From an uncultured Deferribacteres bacterium (GTDB lineage Bacteria; Zhuqueibacterota; Zhuqueibacteria; Zhuqueibacterales; Geothermadaptataceae), in assembly GCA_964014485.1 (NCBI GenBank), contig CAXHAT010000241.1, positions 1 to 10,516 of the forward strand: a stretch of DNA of 10,516 bases. The letters run 5' to 3'. The position numbers were made by a program, and so were the translations under genes. The stretch's first letter is position 1, and each line of letters opens with the position of its first letter. Shown here piece after piece: positions 1 through 6,832 of the stretch. The notes below the pieces were generated by a model. It saw only the letters and a list, made by a program, of their open reading frames with translations, was not told the origin of the DNA and searched no databases.

Positions 1-78
1 ACAATTCTGGACTTTTTGAAACGCTTGCATAGTTGTTATAAAAAGTGTCAGGTAGCGAATAATTTCTTGAATTCCTGT

Positions 79-106
79 TTAAACCAAGCTCCGGCGAGCG
101 GCGTCT
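79..106 (+). promoter_or_regulatory. Putative ECF-sigma-dependent (autoregulatory) promoter
   Basis: TTAAACC(79-85)-N16-CGTCT(102-106) directly upstream of an ECF sigma gene; fits the common ECF AAC/CGT promoter pattern. Confidence 0.5.
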
Positions 107-127
107 GCTTGAAAAACGTTCCGGAAT

Positions 128-703
128 TTGTTCAATCTCAAAATGGCGTCATTTCATCCCCAAAACGTGTGCACTCTCGCCGATAGTGAAATCGAACTTA
201 TCGCTCTTGCCAGCGCGGGAGATCAGGAAGCTTTCGAGCGCCTTTATCAAAAACATCTCGGCCGCGTCTACGCAATTTGTTTGCGTATGACGGCGAATGA
301 AAGCGCAGCGGAAGAATTGACGCAAAAAACGTTTATCAAAATTTGGGAAACTCTTCCCGGCTTTCGCGGCGACGGCGCTTTCGGCGGGTGGGTCGCCAGA
401 ATTGCCGTGAATACCGTGCTAATAGAACTGCGCTCTACAAAACGCAGGCAGGCCAGAGTCTTTGCCGCTCCTGATATTTTTCGTTACGACGTCGGCGCTT
501 GCGATTTCGACGCCGCCGAGATGCACGACCTCGAAAAAGCGATTTTCAACCTGCCGCCGCAAGCCCGCCAAATTTTTGTTTTACATGACATTGAAGGCTA
601 CAAACACCGTGAAATCGCCGACATGCTCAACATCGCTTCCGGCACGAGTAAGGCGCAATTGCATCGCGCAAGAAATTTACTGCGGGAGGCTTTGCAAGGA
701 TGA
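128..703 (+). CDS. ECF (sigma-70 group 4) RNA polymerase sigma factor
   Basis: Region 2 motifs (GDQEAFERLYQKH, AEELTQKTFIKIW, FRGDGAFGGWVARIAVN) and region 4 HTH (LPPQARQIFVLHDIEGYKHREIADMLNIASGTSKAQLHRAR). Start is TTG128 or in-frame ATG143. ATGA overlap with the next gene. Confidence 0.95.
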   Translation: MFNLKMASFHPQNVCTLADSEIELIALASAGDQEAFERLYQKHLGRVYAICLRMTANESAAEELTQKTFIKIWETLPGFRGDGAFGGWVARIAVNTVLIELRSTKRRQARVFAAPDIFRYDVGACDFDAAEMHDLEKAIFNLPPQARQIFVLHDIEGYKHREIADMLNIASGTSKAQLHRARNLLREALQG

Positions 704-1941
704 TTTTTAAGGCTAAAAAACACTCGTCGTCCAAATATGATTTTTCGTGCGACAAAGTTCGAGCAATGTTTTCGTCCTTTATCGAAGCTGATCTTGACGA
801 GCGACTTCATCAAAAAATCGAGTCGCACCTTGAAGACTGCGCGGATTGTCGGCGCGAGTTAAGCCGCTTCTCGAATTTGCTGGAAAAAACGCAGGCGCTG
901 CCAAAAAACATTTCGCCGCAAAGAGATTTGTTCGACGGAATTCAATCGAAACTTCGCCCGCGAACCAGTATGCAAAGCGGGCGTGTTTTAGAGCTGCCGA
1001 CCAAGCCTTCTCAGCTAAAAAAAGATCGTCGACAATTGAGCAGCGATTGGCCGCAGAAAGACGGCGTGTTTTTCTGGAAACGCGCTTTTTTAGCGGCGGC
1101 TCTTGTACTTTTTGCCATAGCCGGATTTCGATATTTCGAAGATTATGTGGGCGATGGCTGGATCGTTCGCTCAACGGGCGGCGCGCCGAAGATCGCGGGC
1201 AGAACTTTAGAAAGCGCCGAACGACTGCCGCTCGGCGAGTGGCTTGAAACGGACGGTCAATCGAGAGCCGTTTTAAACGTCGGGCAAATCGGCGAGATTA
1301 TTCTGGAGCCAGGTTCGCGCTTGCAATTGCTGACTTCCACGCCGTTTGAGCACCGCATTTCCCTGGAGCGTGGAAAAATCTTTGCCAAAATTTGGGCGCC
1401 GCCGCAATTTTTTTATGTGGAAACGCCGTCGGCGCTTGCCGTCGATTTGGGCTGCGCCTACACGCTCGAAGTGCTGGAAAACGGCGGTAATAAAATGTAC
1501 GTGAGCAAAGGGTTTGTGGCCTTTGTGCGCGACGGCGTTAAATCCGTCGTTCCGGCGGGCGCGGCTTGTGAGACGAGTGTTGCGAACGGCCCCGGCGCGC
1601 CTTACTTTGTCGATGCTTCGCCTCGGTTCTTGCAAGCGCTGCGGACGATTCAAGGCGACTCAATTCGAGCTGCTTTGGAAGACGTAAAAACGTTGTGCGG
1701 CGAGGCGCGCAAAAAAGATGCGCTGACATTGTGGAGCCTTCTGCCGCGATTTGAAAAAGCGGAGCGCGCCGTCGTTTTTGACCGCTTGAACGCGCTCCTG
1801 CCCGCGCCTGTAAGCGTCACGCGGGAAGGCATTTTGGAAAATGATTCGCGGATGCTCGAACGCTGGCGCGAAAAACTGAATCTGCCCTGGGCGGAAGACG
1901 GCAGAACGTTTTGGCAAGTGATGTGGGACAGTATTTTTTGA
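700..1941 (+). CDS. Membrane anti-sigma factor: zf-HC2 zinc finger + TM helix + FecR-like domain + helical C-terminus
   Basis: N-terminal C...HLEDCADC (ZAS HxxxCxxC). Hydrophobic segment AFLAAALVLFAIAGFRYF. FecR-like run ETDGQSRAVL..IILEPGSRLQL..ISLERGKIFAKI..FYVETPSALAVDLG..VSKGFV. Translationally coupled to the sigma gene. Confidence 0.85.
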   Translation: MIFKAKKHSSSKYDFSCDKVRAMFSSFIEADLDERLHQKIESHLEDCADCRRELSRFSNLLEKTQALPKNISPQRDLFDGIQSKLRPRTSMQSGRVLELPTKPSQLKKDRRQLSSDWPQKDGVFFWKRAFLAAALVLFAIAGFRYFEDYVGDGWIVRSTGGAPKIAGRTLESAERLPLGEWLETDGQSRAVLNVGQIGEIILEPGSRLQLLTSTPFEHRISLERGKIFAKIWAPPQFFYVETPSALAVDLGCAYTLEVLENGGNKMYVSKGFVAFVRDGVKSVVPAGAACETSVANGPGAPYFVDASPRFLQALRTIQGDSIRAALEDVKTLCGEARKKDALTLWSLLPRFEKAERAVVFDRLNALLPAPVSVTREGILENDSRMLERWREKLNLPWAEDGRTFWQVMWDSIF

Positions 1942-2013
1942 TGGATTTGTGGATTAATGGAATATTGGGGGGCAATTTCCATTCATCCAACAATCCATGA
2001 TTCCATCCATCCA
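1942..2013. repeat. Inverted pair of degenerate 8-bp-period tandem repeats (TGGA-N4 then TCCA-N4)
   Basis: TGGA at 1942, 1950, 1958 (TGGG at 1966), then TCCA at 1978, 1986, 1994, 2002, 2010. Confidence 0.7.
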
Positions 2014-2049
2014 GATTCGAATGATAACAAAAAGACTCTTGATTTAATT

Positions 2050-2193
2050 ATGCCTTTTCAACTCAAACGAATCTATCAGCCCGCCGATGAAAACGACGGC
2101 TTTCGTGTGCTTGTTGATCGTCTCTGGCCGCGCGGCATAAAAAAGGAAAACGCCAATAAATCGAGCAAGGCCTGCAATAAACTTCAAACTTGA
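2050..2193 (+). pseudogene. Truncated 5' fragment of a DUF488/YeaO-family gene
   Basis: First 35 codons (MPFQLKRIY...[16 protein letters not shown]) match 2936-3040 at 91/105 nt. Similarity is lost after ~2164 and the frame stops at 2193. Confidence 0.9.
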
Positions 2194-2774
2194 GCAAACC
2201 AATGGAAATAAGCGAACTGGTTGATAAGTTAACACAATTAGCATGGCCTCTAACAGTGTTTGCAATCTCGCTAATTTTTAGAAAATCAGTAGTCGATTTG
2301 CTTGCTAGCTTAGCTCAAAGGACTAAAGGCTCTAAGATCAAAATCGGAGACTTCGAATGGACCGATCTTGAACTTGATAGCATAATCGCGGATCGTGAAA
2401 TTCTAAAGACTGGAATATTTATCGCATTAGCCGATGAAGAATTTAGCGAAGAAGAAAAGTATCTGCTGAAAGGACTGGCTATGTCCATGGGAGAAAAAAC
2501 TGAAGAATTAACCGAAAGTGCAAAAAACAAAATTCTTCACAACATTATCAAAATTGCGTCTGCCGATGAAGTCATAAGATCGATAGAATACAAACAGATA
2601 GTGACAAGAGCGCGTAAATATGGTATTCAAGATGAGAAACTCAAGATGCTTATATTTGATGAATGCATTGCTCGCGAGATCAAAGTGCCTGATGAATTAA
2701 AAACCGAATATGATGACTATTTTGACATGCTGAAGAGCAGATTTGCCGTTAAAGGCTCTTCTAAACCGAAATAG
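2190..2774 (+). CDS. Low-GC membrane-anchored protein with TerB-like domain
   Basis: 194-aa ORF with an N-terminal hydrophobic helix ([14 protein letters not shown]) and two TerB-like A-x-A-D-x5-6-E motifs ([24 protein letters not shown]). Two sampled 60-nt lines are 32-33% GC. Start is TTG2190 or ATG2202. Confidence 0.7.
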   Translation: MSKPMEISELVDKLTQLAWPLTVFAISLIFRKSVVDLLASLAQRTKGSKIKIGDFEWTDLELDSIIADREILKTGIFIALADEEFSEEEKYLLKGLAMSMGEKTEELTESAKNKILHNIIKIASADEVIRSIEYKQIVTRARKYGIQDEKLKMLIFDECIAREIKVPDELKTEYDDYFDMLKSRFAVKGSSKPK

Positions 2775-2935
2775 CCAAACAGAACTTTTTTAATACTTCG
2801 GGTTTACTATGCCGCGACTCAACGCCGAACGCCGCTGCTTCTGGAAATCGACGAGACCTGCCCGTTTTATGTATAAGATATTGCAATTCAGGGTAGCGGA
2901 GAAAATGACGGATCATTACAAAATCTGATTTTATC

Positions 2936-3286
2936 ATGCCTTTTCAACTTAAACGAATCTACGACCCCGTCGAGGAGAGCGACGGCTTTCGCGTGCTTGT
3001 CGACCGCCTTTGGCCGCGTGGCATAAAAAAGGAAAACGCCAAAATCGATTTGTGGCTCAAGGAAATTTCACCGAGCAATGAATTGCGAAAATGGGTTCAC
3101 GCCGACCCGGCGCGCTGGGACGAATTCCGTGCGCGTTATTTTGCCGAGTTAGAATCGCAGCAAGAAAGCGTCGATCTTTTGCTGAAAAAAGCCAAAGCCG
3201 GGAAAGTCACGCTTCTCTTTAGCGCGAAAAACGAGCAACAAAACAACGCCGTCGCGTTGAAAGAATATCTTGAAAAATTATTGTAG
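2936..3286 (+). CDS. yeaO: DUF488 family protein (YeaO-like)
   Basis: Family signatures [68 protein letters not shown]; typical ~116 aa length. Confidence 0.92.
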   Translation: MPFQLKRIYDPVEESDGFRVLVDRLWPRGIKKENAKIDLWLKEISPSNELRKWVHADPARWDEFRARYFAELESQQESVDLLLKKAKAGKVTLLFSAKNEQQNNAVALKEYLEKLL

Positions 3287-3361
3287 CCCGATGCGCCAAG
3301 TTTAGTTCCTCCCCCAGCTTTTGCTAAAAGCTCGACTTTCGTTCTTTTGAGTTAAGTGAAA

Positions 3362-3382
3362 GCAAAGCAAGCTTTGCACTCC
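3362..3382 (-). repeat. Solo REP, identical to the RAYT-flanking REP
   Basis: gcaaagcaagctttgcactcc is the exact reverse complement of GGAGTGCAAAGCTTGCTTTGC at 9531 and 9674 (21/21). Confidence 0.93.
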
Positions 3383-3438
3383 TTTTGTCCTGTCGCTCGT
3401 CGCGCCCGCCGTGACTTCCGCCAAATTTTTCCAATCTT

Positions 3439-3470
3439 TGTAACCTTCTCGTTTCAAACAAGTGAGCACA
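3439..3470 (+). promoter_or_regulatory. Possible ECF promoter of the second sigma operon
   Basis: TGTAACC at 3439-3445 resembles an ECF -35 element about 60 bp upstream of the sigma gene. No clear -10 element was identified. Confidence 0.3.
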
Positions 3471-3504
3471 ATTGAACGCTCGGAAATAACGAGGAAAAGG
3501 TCTT

Positions 3505-4062
3505 TTGAATATTCCGTCAGATAGAGAATTGATGCTCGAAGTCGGGCAGGGCGAGGTTGGCAAACTCGGGCTTTTGTTCGAACGTCACCACGTTTTGCTC
3601 TACAATTTTTTTGTCAGATTGAGTGGCAATCGGGCCGCCAGCGAGGACCTGGTGCAGGAAGTGTTTTTGCGCATGCTGAAATATCGCCACACCTATCGCG
3701 GCGACAGCAAATTCACGCTGTGGATGTTTCGCATCGCGAGAAATGCACATGCCGACCACTACCGCAAATCGAAGCGCGAAGAACCGATGCAGGAGTCGGA
3801 TTTCAATCGCTCCAGCTCGGAGCCGCTGGCTAGCGAAAATGTCGAGTATGGTCAAAACATCGACTTGCTTCATGAGGCGCTCAACAAGCTCGCCATCGAC
3901 AAACGCGAGGTGCTCGTGCTTAGCCGTTTCCAGGGCCTCAAGTATCACGAGATCGCGGAACTTCTCGACTGCACCGTCGGCACGATCAAGCTGCGCGTAC
4001 ACCGCGCCATTAAAGATTTGAGACAAATATTTTTCATGTTAACGCAGGAGAATACTGCATGA
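3505..4062 (+). CDS. ECF RNA polymerase sigma factor
   Basis: SDRELM..LGLLFERHH..SEDLVQEVFLRM..YRGDSKFTLWMFRIARN (region 2) and REVLVLSRFQGLKYHEIAELLDCTVGTIKLRVHRA (region 4). GAGGA SD-like sequence upstream of the TTG start. Confidence 0.95.
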   Translation: MNIPSDRELMLEVGQGEVGKLGLLFERHHVLLYNFFVRLSGNRAASEDLVQEVFLRMLKYRHTYRGDSKFTLWMFRIARNAHADHYRKSKREEPMQESDFNRSSSEPLASENVEYGQNIDLLHEALNKLAIDKREVLVLSRFQGLKYHEIAELLDCTVGTIKLRVHRAIKDLRQIFFMLTQENTA

Positions 4063-4868
4063 AATGCGATGACGTTTCAAAGCGCATCCCGGACTATCTC
4101 ACTGGCGAAACGGACGGTGCGGCGAAGGCCGAGATCGAAGGCCATTTGCAAGCGTGTGATTCTTGCCGCAAGGAAACGCAGGATTTAAGCGCGCTCTGGA
4201 ACAATTTGAGCTTGCTCCCCGAAGAGCAGCCAAGCGAAGCCCTGCGCATTCGATTTCACTCCATGCTGGACGCGTATCGTCAGGGCATGGAGCAAGGACG
4301 CGCAAAGGCGAGCGTGAAAGACGCTTTGAATGGCTGGCTTGAACGCTGGTGGCCGCGTCAACCGTTGACGCAATTCGGTTTTGCCTGCGCCCTTTTGCTG
4401 CTTGGGCTTTTCGCCGGCAATCTTTTTCAACAAGGGGAAGTCAGCCAGTTGCGAACGGAATTTAAGGAAGTGCAGCAAATGATGGCGATTTCACTGCTGA
4501 ACCAAACTTCCACCTCGGAGCGTTTGAAAGGCGTCACCTGGACTTCTCGCGTGCCGCAGCCTGAACCGAAGCTGGTCAACGCGCTTGTAAATACGCTCAA
4601 TTACGACCAGAGCGTCAACGTGCGCCTGGCCGCCGTGGATGCGCTGTACGAATTTAACAATCGAGACGGCGTTCGCGAAGCGCTCACGCTATCCCTGACT
4701 CGCCAAAAATCGCCGATTGTACAAATTGCTTTGATTGACTTGCTGGTGGAATTGCAGGAGCGTTCTTCGCTTGACGTTTTGAAGGATTTGACGGACGCGC
4801 AAAACCCGTCCGTGAAAGCGCGTGCGGAAAAAGGCATTGAAATTTTACGACGGGAGATTGCAAGATGA
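4059..4868 (+). CDS. Anti-sigma factor: zf-HC2 zinc finger + TM helix + HEAT-repeat domain
   Basis: MKC...HLQACDSC zinc motif, TM FGFACALLLLGLFAG, HEAT-like repeats (DQSVNVRLAAVDAL, QKSPIVQIALIDLL, NPSVKARA). ATGA overlaps at both ends. Confidence 0.88.
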   Translation: MKCDDVSKRIPDYLTGETDGAAKAEIEGHLQACDSCRKETQDLSALWNNLSLLPEEQPSEALRIRFHSMLDAYRQGMEQGRAKASVKDALNGWLERWWPRQPLTQFGFACALLLLGLFAGNLFQQGEVSQLRTEFKEVQQMMAISLLNQTSTSERLKGVTWTSRVPQPEPKLVNALVNTLNYDQSVNVRLAAVDALYEFNNRDGVREALTLSLTRQKSPIVQIALIDLLVELQERSSLDVLKDLTDAQNPSVKARAEKGIEILRREIAR

Positions 4869-5863
4869 ACGATTTTTTAAATGAATTTAAGTCTCTTGGG
4901 TTCTTTAAGATTTTCGCTCACATGTCATTCCCGCGCAGGCGGGAATCCAGCAAACGTGCCATACCGATAGATTCCCGCCTGCGAGGGAATGACCGGATGC
5001 GAGGTTTAAAAAGCCTCAGGCAAAGTCTGTTTTTTGCGCTTTTCTTGCTGTTTTCAACAAATGCCGTATCGGCTGAAGAAGAAAAAGACGTCATCCGCAA
5101 AACTTTGCGTTTTGCCGACGCCAACGCAGACAACTGGCTCGAAATTGACAATATTCACGGTTCCATCAATGTGCGCGGCCACAGCGGCGATGAAGTTTTG
5201 GTCGTCGTCAATCGCACGATTTGGGGACGCAGCGCGGACAAAATTGAAGAAGCCAAAGAAGAAATTGTTCTCGACGTCTACGAAAGAAACGACGACATTA
5301 CGCTCTTCGTCGATGCGCCGTATCGCGCGCCGGACGGTTCGATCAACTATCGCGGCTCCGGACGCTACGGCTATAAAGTGACGATGGATTTCGAAGTAAC
5401 AGTACCTTTTGGGGTGAATATTGAACTCAAGACCATCAACGACGGTGAAATTTCCGTGCGAAACGTACGCGGCGATTTCAAGATCAACAACGTCAACGGC
5501 GGTGTAGAGATGGATGGCTTGAGCGGGTCAGGGAAAGTCTACGCGCTCAACGGCGAGGTCAAAGTCGCTTTTGATGAAAACCCTTCCAAAAAATCTTACT
5601 TCGGCTCTCTGAACGGCGATGTTGAAGTGACTTTTCGCAGCAGACTTTCCTCCGATTTGTTTTTCAAAACTTTCAACGGTCAGGTTTACACGGATTTCGA
5701 CTTTTCCAAATTGCCGATGCGTTCCAAAGAAAAACGGCGTCGCGACGGCAAAAAAATGATCTACTCCAGCAACAAACAATTCGGGGTTCGCATTGAAAAC
5801 GGCGGCCCGGAACTGGAATTCGACGCGTTCAACGGCAATATCTACGTCCTTAAAAAGAATTGA
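4865..5863 (+). CDS. Secreted DUF4097/putative-adhesin-like beta-strand repeat protein
   Basis: Repeated short units (TINDGEISV, NVNGGVEM, ALNGEVKV, SLNGDVEV, TFNGQVY, AFNGNIY). Signal-peptide-like segment MRGLKSLRQSLFFALFLLFSTNAVSA begins at in-frame ATG4997. The start is ambiguous (4865 coupled vs 4997). Confidence 0.82.
   Translation: MNDFLNEFKSLGFFKIFAHMSFPRRRESSKRAIPIDSRLRGNDRMRGLKSLRQSLFFALFLLFSTNAVSAEEEKDVIRKTLRFADANADNWLEIDNIHGSINVRGHSGDEVLVVVNRTIWGRSADKIEEAKEEIVLDVYERNDDITLFVDAPYRAPDGSINYRGSGRYGYKVTMDFEVTVPFGVNIELKTINDGEISVRNVRGDFKINNVNGGVEMDGLSGSGKVYALNGEVKVAFDENPSKKSYFGSLNGDVEVTFRSRLSSDLFFKTFNGQVYTDFDFSKLPMRSKEKRRRDGKKMIYSSNKQFGVRIENGGPELEFDAFNGNIYVLKKN
4924..4993. repeat. 70-bp palindromic element of the CGTC-REP / dRS3 / RPE-like type
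   Basis: Arms gtcattcccgcgcaggcgggaatc (4924-4947) and gattcccgcctgcgagggaatgac (4970-4993) are inverted repeats at 23/24. Each arm contains ATTCCC-N8-GGGAAT. Confidence 0.92.
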
Positions 5864-5879
5864 CTTAGAGAGGTATAAA

Positions 5880-6698
5880 ATGAAACGCTTTTACAAAATG
5901 CTGATTTTGACAACGGCGCTCTTCTGCGCAACCCAAACCGGCTTCGGGCAAGAAACTCATTCCGACACGCTCTCAGTACCGTTCAGCGATCCTTCCCGAT
6001 CCGGCATGATCACTGTGACCGTCATGTCCGGCAGCATCACTGTGGAAGGACATGATGAAAAACATGTTTTTATCGAGTCGCGCGCCCGCGTTCGGGAACG
6101 TCACGACAACCGTCGCAAGGACGGGCTGCGGTTGATCCCAAACACCAGCGCCGGGCTGAAAGTGGAAGAAGAAGACAATGAGATGAAAATTCACACCAAC
6201 TCATGGTCGAGAAGGAGCGATCTGTTCATCAAAGCGCCGAGAAAAGTGTCTATGAAGTTGCAAACCATGAACAGCGGCAAGCTCATCATTGAAAATATTG
6301 AAGGCGAGATCGAAGCCAACAACATGAACGGCAGCATCCACATGGACGGGATTTCAGGCACGGTCGTGGCGCATTCGGCCAACGGCAAGGTCGTCGTGGC
6401 ATTCGATAAAATCACCCCGGAAAAGCCCATGTCATTCATTTCGATGAACGGCACGATAGACGTTACGTTTCCCGCAAACGCCAAACTTGACGCCAAGATG
6501 CGCACCGATCACGGCGAGATTTACACGGATTTTGACATTGAAATGCAGCGCAACGTCCGAAAGGAAGAACGCAACCGTGAGCGCGGACGCTACAGCATCA
6601 CGGTCGATAAAGAAATGTTTGGCAGGATCAACGGCGGCGGCCCGGAAATGCAATTCCGCACCATGAACGGCAATATTTATATCCGCAAGAAAGAATAG
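5880..6698 (+). CDS. Secreted DUF4097/putative-adhesin-like beta-strand repeat protein (paralog)
   Basis: ATG5880 follows a GAGAGG SD; signal peptide MKRFYKMLILTTALFCATQTGFG. Repeats TMNSGKLII, NMNGSIHM, SANGKVVV, SMNGTIDV, TDHGEIY, TMNGNIY. The ORF-track start at 5793 overlaps the upstream gene and is unlikely. Confidence 0.85.
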   Translation: MKRFYKMLILTTALFCATQTGFGQETHSDTLSVPFSDPSRSGMITVTVMSGSITVEGHDEKHVFIESRARVRERHDNRRKDGLRLIPNTSAGLKVEEEDNEMKIHTNSWSRRSDLFIKAPRKVSMKLQTMNSGKLIIENIEGEIEANNMNGSIHMDGISGTVVAHSANGKVVVAFDKITPEKPMSFISMNGTIDVTFPANAKLDAKMRTDHGEIYTDFDIEMQRNVRKEERNRERGRYSITVDKEMFGRINGGGPEMQFRTMNGNIYIRKKE

Positions 6699-6723
6699 GC
6701 GCGCTTTTCAAAAACGATAGAAT

Positions 6724-6770
6724 GTAGGCCGGATTTAGTTCGAGCGATCGAAGAATCCGGCTTTTTGTTT
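6724..6770 (+). terminator. Intrinsic terminator formed by a GTAG-tagged REP-like hairpin
   Basis: GTAG, then gccggatt(6728-6735)/aatccggc(6754-6761) stem with an inner ttcga/tcgaa stem, followed by tttttgttt. Located 25 bp after the operon's last stop, between convergent genes. Confidence 0.7.
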
Positions 6771-6798
6771 CGAGCATAAGAATTTGATCAGGCGGCAA

Positions 6799-6819
6799 GC
6801 AAGGCAAACTCGGCGCTTC
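6799..6819 (-). repeat. Degenerate GGAG-type REP
   Basis: gcaaggcaaactcggcgcttc matches gcaaggcaagccttgcactcc (9642-9662) at 15/21 without gaps, and the first 9 nt are identical. Confidence 0.45.
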
Positions 6820-6832
6820 TTAGCGTTTTCAT

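Noticed and set aside
1957..2049. N-terminal extension of the 78-aa ORF 1957-2193
   Set aside because: It runs through the octamer repeat; homology with the intact yeaO places the real start at ATG2050.
2165..2176. gcaaggcctgca at the yeaO truncation point resembles part of the REP
   Set aside because: Only 7 contiguous matches and gaps are needed; not distinguishable from chance.
2775..2876. Stop-free stretch after the TerB-like gene (..RVYYAATQRRTPLLLEIDETCPFYV), possible gene remnant or read-through
   Set aside because: Short, no start or RBS, and no family could be recognised confidently.
3316..3332. Hairpin agctttt-gct-aaaagct as the yeaO terminator
   Set aside because: AT-rich 7-bp stem with no immediate U-tract; too weak to call.
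5793..5879. Upstream start for the second DUF4097 gene
   Set aside because: It overlaps the previous gene; ATG5880 has an SD and begins a signal peptide.
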